This document shows, in pieces, positions 58,023 through 64,000 of a stretch of DNA of 64,000 nt (within the stretch, counting starts at the first letter, position 1; each line of letters opens with the position of its first letter). Below the pieces are notes generated by a model. The model was not told the DNA's origin. It was given only the letters and a program-made list of their open reading frames with translations, and made no database searches. The stretch is taken from contig JBDRKE010000010.1 of assembly GCA_043814315.1 (NCBI GenBank), positions 66,896 to 130,895 of the forward strand, read 5' to 3'. A program made the translations under genes and the position numbers. The DNA comes from Candidatus Omnitrophota bacterium. Its GTDB lineage: Bacteria; Omnitrophota; Gorgyraeia; Gygaellales; Profunditerraquicolaceae.

Positions 58023-59564
58023 ATGAATGAAACAAAATCAGAACTGGAAGAGCTGTATAATCAGAGTATCAGGCTTATCAAAGAAGGGCAGGTGATAACG
58101 GGCAAGATCGTTACGATAAAGACCAAAGAGGTACTGGTGGATGTAGGATTTAAATCAGAGGGGATCGTCCCGATTGCGGAATTCAGTTCACAGGATCTGG
58201 AAGCCGGCAAGGAACTTGAGTTTTTTGTCGAATCCATAGAGAATGATGCGGGTAACATCGAGCTGTCGCGCGAAAAAGCCATACGCATCCAGGGATGGGA
58301 CAGGATCGTCAAGTTTTCTCAGACCGGCGAGTTGGTGGAAGGCAGGCCTATTAAAAAGGTCAAAGGGGGATTTCTAGTTGATGTGATGGGTATCGAGGGG
58401 TTTCTCCCTTCCTCGCTTTCGGCTTTCAAGGGTGTGGCCGAAAGAGAAATCATGTACAAGCCTTTTAAGTTCAAGATCGTCAAGATAAACAACTTAAGAA
58501 GAAGCATCATTGTCAGCCGCAGGGAGGCGGTGCAGAAAGCAAAAGAGGAGGTCAAGGATAAGATTTGGCAGGACTTGAAGATCGGTAATATTTATCCCGG
58601 CACGGTCAAGGCCATAACGGATTTTGGTGCCTTTGTGGACTTGGGAGGAGTGGATGGCCTCTTGCATATCACGGATATGTCCTGGTCTAAGATCAGCCAT
58701 CCTTCGGAAATTGTGGCCTTGGGAGACAAGATCGAAGTCATGGTGTTGAATTTTGACAAGGAATCGGGAAAGATATCGCTCGGCTTAAAGCAGAGGCTCC
58801 CTGACCCCTGGCAGGATATAGAGAAGAAATTTATCGTCGGTTCCAAAATCAAAGGCAAGGTCGTCAATATCCTTCCTTAAGGAGTATTTGTGGAACTAGA
58901 GAAGGGTATCGAGGGGCTCATCCATGTTTCTGAAATCTCTTGGACAAAAAGGATCAATAATCCGAATGAGATGTTTGCTATCGCAGATATGGTGGAAACT
59001 CAGATCCTTAACGTAGATAAGGATTCCCGCAGGATATCCTTGAGCCTGAAACAGCTCGAGCAGAATCCGTGGCTGGAAGCCGAATCTAAATACCCTGCCG
59101 GAACCAAAATCACGGGAAAAGTGAGAGGATTCACAGATTACGGAGCCTTTGTTGAGTTGGATAGTAACCTGGAAGGGATGATCCATGTATCGGATATCTC
59201 CTGGACAAAAAGGATAGCGCATCCTCAGGATGTTCTTAAGAAAGGTCAGAAGATTGAGGCCATAGTACTCTCTGTGGACAGCCAGAATCGCCGTATCGTG
59301 TTAGGCTTAAAGCAGCTGCAGTCAAACCCCTGGCCCGAGATCGCTGCCAAATATCCTTTAGATACCGTCTTGGAAGCAGAGACTGTCAGTATCACAGAGT
59401 TCGGCGTATTTGTTAAGATAGAAGAGGAACTCGAAGGTTTGGTGTATGCCAGCGAGATAGACAGGGAGACCGTTTCACAATTGAAACCCGGGGATAAGTT
59501 TAAGGTAAAAATAATCAAGGTGGATGTGGAGCAGAACAAGATTGGACTGTCGGCAAAGATATAA
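58023..59564 (+). pseudogene. rpsA: 30S ribosomal protein S1, contiguous frame interrupted by one in-frame TAA (58878..58880)
   Basis: ORFs 58023..58880 and 58890..59564 are in the same frame. Across the junction the translation reads [29 protein letters not shown], where the other S1 repeats of this protein have F/Y-G-A/V-F-V. The label pseudogene is provisional; a sequencing error or a split gene is equally possible. Confidence 0.85.
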
Positions 59565-59567
59565 TGT

Positions 59568-59734
59568 TAAATCCAAAATCCAAATATTACCAAATCCAAA
59601 ATAAATCCCAATCTCTCCCGCATAAGCGGGATCCCGCTAGACGTTACAAGTTGCGCGGGAAAAATCCCAAATAGTTTTGGATTTTGGATTTGGGATTTGT
59701 TTGGTAGTATCGGTATTAGTGGGATTTGGGGTTT
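59568..59734. repeat. modular hairpin element (aaatccaaaa / ttttggattt arms, gcgggatcccgc core)
   Basis: Left arm aaatccaaaatccaaatattaccaaatccaaaataaatccc. The core is cccgcataagcgggatcccgc...gcgcgggaaaaa, with the palindrome at 59626..59637. The right arm is agttttggattttggatttgggatttgtttggtagtatcggtatt. Confidence 0.85.
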
Positions 59735-59762
59735 ATCGGGTCATTTAAGGAAGAGGTTAATT

Positions 59763-60935
59763 ATGGAGATCGATAAACAATTAGCCATTATCAAGCGCGG
59801 CTGCGTTGGCATCATCTCTGAAGACGAGCTAAGAAGAAAATTAGAAGAGAGCCTAAAGTCAAAAAAGCCCTTGGTGATCAAGGCCGGATTTGACCCGACA
59901 GCCCCCGATATTCATTTAGGTCACACCGTTCTCTTAAGGAAGATGAGGCAATTCCAGGATTTAGGCCACCAGGTCATTTTCCTGATCGGGGATTTTACGG
60001 CGCGTATCGGCGACCCTACGGGAAGGTCGGAAAAAAGAAAACCGCTGACCCAGGAAGAAGTTGCCCGATACGCCCCCACCTATAAAAAACAGATCTCTAA
60101 AATACTTGACCTAAAAAACTTGAAGATTGTTTTTAACAGCACCTGGTTCCAAAAGATGTCTGTTCTGGATTTTTTAGAGCTCACTCAACACGCTACCGTT
60201 TCCCAGATGCTGGCCAGGGAGGATTTCAAGAAAAGATTGTTCAAACAGGAGGATATTTCTCTATTGGAATTTATGTATCCGCTTTTGCAGGGTTATGATT
60301 CCGTGGTGTTAAAAGCGGATGTGGAGTTGGGTGGTACGGATCAGATTTTTAATCTCTTGGTGGGGCGGGATATCCAAAAGGATTTTTCATTATCCCCCCA
60401 GGTGGTCTTGACTATGCCGCTTCTGGAGGGGACAGACGGCCAGCAAAAGATGAGCAAGTCCTTTGCTAATTATATCGGTATCCATGAGACTCCTCAGGAG
60501 ATGTTCGGTAAGATCATGTCTGTAACTGATGAGCTTATGCTTAAGTATTATGAACTGTTGACGGATGAGGAGATGGAGGTTGTTAAGTCGCAGCACCCTC
60601 GGCAGGCCAAGATGAATCTGGCCAGGATCATCATTACTCAGTATCATGGCGAGAAAGAGGCGCGTTTGGCCGGGGAAGAATTTGAAAGGGTGTTCAGTCA
60701 GAAGCAGGTTCCACAAGAAATTCCGTCTTACCGATTGGGTTACGAGAAAAGAAATATCCTGGATATCCTCGTTGAGAGCGGTTGTGCGGTCAGTAAAAAC
60801 GAAGCCCGCCGCCTCATCGCGCAGGGTGGGGTGTATCTGGAGAGTGAAAGAATCGATACAGAGGACGCCCTGATAGAAAAAGAAGGGATTCTTAAGGTCG
60901 GCAAGAGGCGTTTTCTAAAATTGGTCAAAAGCTAA
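59763..60935 (+). CDS. tyrS: tyrosine--tRNA ligase
   Basis: Contains the HLGH and KMSKS motifs and a C-terminal S4-like domain. ATG 59763 is preferred because the longer ORF reads through the repeat arm. Confidence 0.93.
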   Translation: MEIDKQLAIIKRGCVGIISEDELRRKLEESLKSKKPLVIKAGFDPTAPDIHLGHTVLLRKMRQFQDLGHQVIFLIGDFTARIGDPTGRSEKRKPLTQEEVARYAPTYKKQISKILDLKNLKIVFNSTWFQKMSVLDFLELTQHATVSQMLAREDFKKRLFKQEDISLLEFMYPLLQGYDSVVLKADVELGGTDQIFNLLVGRDIQKDFSLSPQVVLTMPLLEGTDGQQKMSKSFANYIGIHETPQEMFGKIMSVTDELMLKYYELLTDEEMEVVKSQHPRQAKMNLARIIITQYHGEKEARLAGEEFERVFSQKQVPQEIPSYRLGYEKRNILDILVESGCAVSKNEARRLIAQGGVYLESERIDTEDALIEKEGILKVGKRRFLKLVKS

Positions 60936-60998
60936 GATTATCCTTTTGCGCTATTTTACCCATTTGTCAGCATATGATTTTTCTGGCGGAGTCAAATA

Positions 60999-62237
60999 GT
61001 GATAAAAGATTTAAGAGATAGAGACGGGTTCGCTAAAAACGTAGCTTTTGTTTTTCTAGGGACATCAGTCGTTAATTTCTTTAATCTTCTTTATCAACTT
61101 TACGTTGCCCACCGATTGACGCCCCAAGATTTCGCGGCATTCAATTCATTGATTTCGATATACATACTACTTTCCTCCCCCCTCATGACGCTTCAGACAG
61201 CCGTAGGTAAATACGGAGCCCAGTTTCGCGCCTGCGGTGGTATCTCTAAGGTAACTGTCCTGTTAAACGGTTTATTAAAGAGATCTTTGGGATTTGCCCT
61301 GGCGACATTCCTGTTGTTTTTCTTAATCTCCGGTTTAATCTTTCAAAGGCTTAAGATTCCTTCCTCCGCCTCTGGCCTGATTCTGGCTGCCATCATTGCC
61401 TCCAGCTGGCTAACGCCTATCCTGTGGGGTGGACTTCAAGGCCAGGAGCTTTTTTTATGGCTCACTCTTGTCTTGTTAGTCACAGCACTCTTGAAATTGA
61501 TTTTTTCAGTCGTTTTTATCCACTTAGGGATGAATTTTTCAGGTGCCCTGCTTGCCCTTCTCTTGGCATCTTGCGTAGGCATCGCGTTATCTCTATTAGG
61601 ACTCAGGCGTTTTCTTCGCAAGCCCCCTGGAAAAGAAGATGTTAACTTTCGGGAGATTTTTATCTATGGTTTACCTGTGGCCGTGGCCTTTTTCTTATTT
61701 ATGAATCTGGTCAACATGGATATGATATTGGTGAAATATTTTTTTACGCCCAAGGCAAGCGGTTTTTATTCGTTGGCGCAGATGATAGGAAAGGTCTTTC
61801 TGTATCTGCCTTTGGCTATCAGCATGGTATTGCTTCCCAGGGCAAGCGCCCTTCATGCGCAAAGATTAGATACAGCCGCTATATTGAAAAGATCGCTTTT
61901 GTATGCATCGCTTTTGTGCGTTTTGGCCCTCCTTTTATTCAATCTTTTCCCGACATTCACTCTAAAGGCGCTGACCGGAAAGGCGTTTGCCGAATCTGTT
62001 TTTTTAGGCAGGCTGTTTGGCCTCTCCATGACCTTTTTTACGCTCCTCTACTTGCTCATCACGTATTTCCTTGCCATCAAGGACCTGCGTTTCATTAAAT
62101 ATCTCGTCATAGGCTCGTTAGCGCAATTCTTTGGCATCGTTTTTTTCCATCAAAATCTTGTTCAGGTTCAGGCGGTCCTGTGCGTGAATGCCATGTTTTT
62201 ATTCGGTATTCATCTGGCACTCGTTTTTAAGAAATGA
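60999..62237 (+). CDS. polysaccharide flippase-like polytopic membrane protein (MOP/Wzx-like)
   Basis: 412 aa with about 12 TM segments, followed by two GT2 genes. Confidence 0.6.
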   Translation: MIKDLRDRDGFAKNVAFVFLGTSVVNFFNLLYQLYVAHRLTPQDFAAFNSLISIYILLSSPLMTLQTAVGKYGAQFRACGGISKVTVLLNGLLKRSLGFALATFLLFFLISGLIFQRLKIPSSASGLILAAIIASSWLTPILWGGLQGQELFLWLTLVLLVTALLKLIFSVVFIHLGMNFSGALLALLLASCVGIALSLLGLRRFLRKPPGKEDVNFREIFIYGLPVAVAFFLFMNLVNMDMILVKYFFTPKASGFYSLAQMIGKVFLYLPLAISMVLLPRASALHAQRLDTAAILKRSLLYASLLCVLALLLFNLFPTFTLKALTGKAFAESVFLGRLFGLSMTFFTLLYLLITYFLAIKDLRFIKYLVIGSLAQFFGIVFFHQNLVQVQAVLCVNAMFLFGIHLALVFKK

Positions 62238-63028
62238 AAGGTCTCAAAGAAAAAGTCAGCGTCATCATGCCCGCTTTTAATGAGGGCAACCGCATCCAGC
62301 AGAGCATAAGGGAGACGGCAGGAGTCTTTTCGTCCGCAGGCTGTACGTGGGAACTTATTGTGATGGATGACGGATCTAGCGACGATACATTTGAAAAAGC
62401 CAACGCGCTCCTCAAAGAGTATCCTGAGAACCTCATGGTTAAAAAGAATCCTATGAATCTCGGCAAGGGTCGGGCGCTTAAAAAGGCGATTCATTATGTC
62501 AAGGGAGAATATGTTGTGTTTCTTGACGCCGATATGGATTTGCATCCACTTCAGATCGAAACCCTTTTTGACATGATGCAGCTCAATAATTCCGACATCG
62601 TCATCGGATCCAAGCTGCATCCGAATTCCAAGGTGGATTATCCGCTCTGGCGTAAGCTCATGAGCTTCGTTTATTATTGTCTGGTCAAATTTTTATTCAA
62701 TCTGCCCTGTCATGATACCCAGACAGGACTCAAGGTCTTTCGAGCCGAAGTGCTGCACCGTGTTTTCCCCCGTCTTTTGGTCAAACAATTCGCCTTTGAT
62801 TTGGAGCTTCTTGTGAATGCGCATCACCTGGGGTACAAAATATCCGAGGCGCCCATCGTATTGAATTCTCAGAGATACCACGGCCGGATAGGCTTTCAGT
62901 CAGCCTATTCCACGTTTTTGGATACGCTGGCCATATTTTATCGCTTGCGCATTATAAGATACTATGACCGTATCGATTATTATCGTCACAAAAACATGGC
63001 AAAAGAATTTAGAAGAGTGCGTCGCTAG
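62234..63028 (+). CDS. family 2 glycosyltransferase
   Basis: Contains VIMPAFNEG, VMDDGSSD and LDADMD. Confidence 0.8.
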   Translation: MKGLKEKVSVIMPAFNEGNRIQQSIRETAGVFSSAGCTWELIVMDDGSSDDTFEKANALLKEYPENLMVKKNPMNLGKGRALKKAIHYVKGEYVVFLDADMDLHPLQIETLFDMMQLNNSDIVIGSKLHPNSKVDYPLWRKLMSFVYYCLVKFLFNLPCHDTQTGLKVFRAEVLHRVFPRLLVKQFAFDLELLVNAHHLGYKISEAPIVLNSQRYHGRIGFQSAYSTFLDTLAIFYRLRIIRYYDRIDYYRHKNMAKEFRRVRR

Positions 63029-63941
63029 GTGTCAGGAACTGAATTTTTCTGATTTTGAGATTCTCGTTTTTCCTGATAATGAGCTTACGCCAAGCGATTG
63101 TTCTCGGATGAGGTTAGAGTCTGTCCGTGTTTTTCCTACGGGGCCGGTGTGTCCTGCGGACAAGCGTGATATGGCCCTGAAATACGCCAAAGGAGGGATC
63201 ATCGCCTTTATTGATGATGATGCATATCCTAGTAGGGATTGGCTCAGGAATGCCGAGATCCATTTTAAAGATGAAAAAGTGGCGGCGGTCGCAGGGCCGG
63301 CTATGACAGCGCAGGAAGATAATCTTCGGCAAAAAGCAAGCGGTGCGGTTTATGCCTGTTTTTTAGTCAGTGGCCCGTACACCTACCGCTATGAGCCAAA
63401 GGAAAAGAGGGAAGTGGATGATTTTCCCAGTTGTAATTTTTTGGTGCGTAAATCCGTGTTGCAGAAATTAGACGGTTTTCATACCCGTTTCTGGCCGGGA
63501 GAAGATACCAGATTATGCGCGGATATCACTAAGAAGTTAGGTAAAAAAATTATTTATGATCCGCTAGTTTACGTCTGGCATCACCGCAGGCCCTTATTTA
63601 TTTCTCATCTTAGACAGGTTTCGCGTTATGCCCTTCACAGGGGGTATTTTGCAAAAAGATACCCAGAGACCTCCCGCAAGTTCGCTTACTTTATGCCTAC
63701 AGCTTTTGTAATAGCCATATTAACAGGAGGTATCCTGTCTATGTTTTTCCCTTTCTTAAGAGGGCTTTACTTCCTGGGTTTGTCGTTTTATGTTTTTTTA
63801 GTTTTTATCTTTAGCATTTCTAAAGAGTTGCGTTTGATTCCTTTGGTTTTTTCTGGTATAATACTTACTCATATTGCCTACGGGATTTATTTTTTAACAG
63901 GCATGTTTTCAAAAAGATTAAGGGAAGAGGTTAGGCCATAA
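62964..63941 (+). CDS. family 2 glycosyltransferase with C-terminal membrane segments
   Basis: Contains SIIIVTKTW, FIDDDAYP and WPGEDTRLC, followed by three hydrophobic C-terminal helices. Confidence 0.75.
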   Translation: MTVSIIIVTKTWQKNLEECVARCQELNFSDFEILVFPDNELTPSDCSRMRLESVRVFPTGPVCPADKRDMALKYAKGGIIAFIDDDAYPSRDWLRNAEIHFKDEKVAAVAGPAMTAQEDNLRQKASGAVYACFLVSGPYTYRYEPKEKREVDDFPSCNFLVRKSVLQKLDGFHTRFWPGEDTRLCADITKKLGKKIIYDPLVYVWHHRRPLFISHLRQVSRYALHRGYFAKRYPETSRKFAYFMPTAFVIAILTGGILSMFFPFLRGLYFLGLSFYVFLVFIFSISKELRLIPLVFSGIILTHIAYGIYFLTGMFSKRLREEVRP

Positions 63942-64000
63942 AAATAAGGATTTCTGATAGGTGAAAGTTTTAATTTCTTATCCTCCCATTTCAAGTATTA

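Noticed and set aside
58878-58880. Possible genetic-code change (TAA reassigned) suggested by the in-frame TAA in rpsA.
   Set aside because: TAA clearly terminates other well-conserved genes at their expected ends (for example argG at 1598..1600 and argH at 2925..2927). A global reassignment is therefore not supported.

Overview
This is a 64-kb chromosomal segment that looks like it comes from an uncultivated diderm bacterium. Evidence for a diderm envelope is two secretins and a TolQ/TolR/TonB-like module. A more precise phylum cannot be established from the sequence alone. Every credible gene (about 70 CDS plus one tRNA-Ala) lies on the + strand, and all sizeable minus-strand ORFs are shadows of + strand genes.

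Gene content, in order:
- an orphan pilin gene overlapping an arginine/lysine biosynthesis operon (argG, argH, lysA, dapF, dapA, dapB, dapL)
- folK, panC and an aspartate-dehydrogenase-like gene
- a small basic tandem-repeat protein
- a GT2 plus GT-C-like glycosylation pair
- uvrA
- a TPR protein followed by TolQ/TolR/TonB-like genes
- type IV pilus-like cluster A (20.9-31.9 kb): two small HTH proteins, a PilX-like protein, a PilM-PilN fusion, PilO, a PilP-like protein, a secretin, a GspE/PilB ATPase, a GspF/PilC platform and five pilins
- tRNA-Ala(CGC)
- an AmmeMemoRadiSam system (radical SAM enzyme plus a fused Memo-AMMECR1 protein)
- rsmE and mtaB
- a secreted GIGT-repeat protein
- type IV pilus-like cluster B (39.5-48.9 kb): major pilin, a GT-C/TPR membrane protein, four minor-pilin-like genes, PilM, PilN, PilO, a PilP-like protein and a secretin, but no ATPase or platform
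- rng, rplU, obg, proBA, nadD, rpe, a PGM/PMM-family mutase, plsC
- rpsA, interrupted by one in-frame TAA
- tyrS and envelope-polysaccharide genes.

The most unusual signal is non-genic. Nearly every operon junction holds a modular long-hairpin element: an A/C-rich short-period arm, often a GC-rich palindromic core, then the complementary G/T-rich arm. Related sequence modules also sit in frame inside conserved housekeeping genes (lysA, dapF, uvrA, mtaB). A tandem array of stem-covarying hairpins forms the predicted 5' leader of a pilin gene and recurs next to the tRNA. No CRISPR array, integrase, transposase or rRNA gene was seen.
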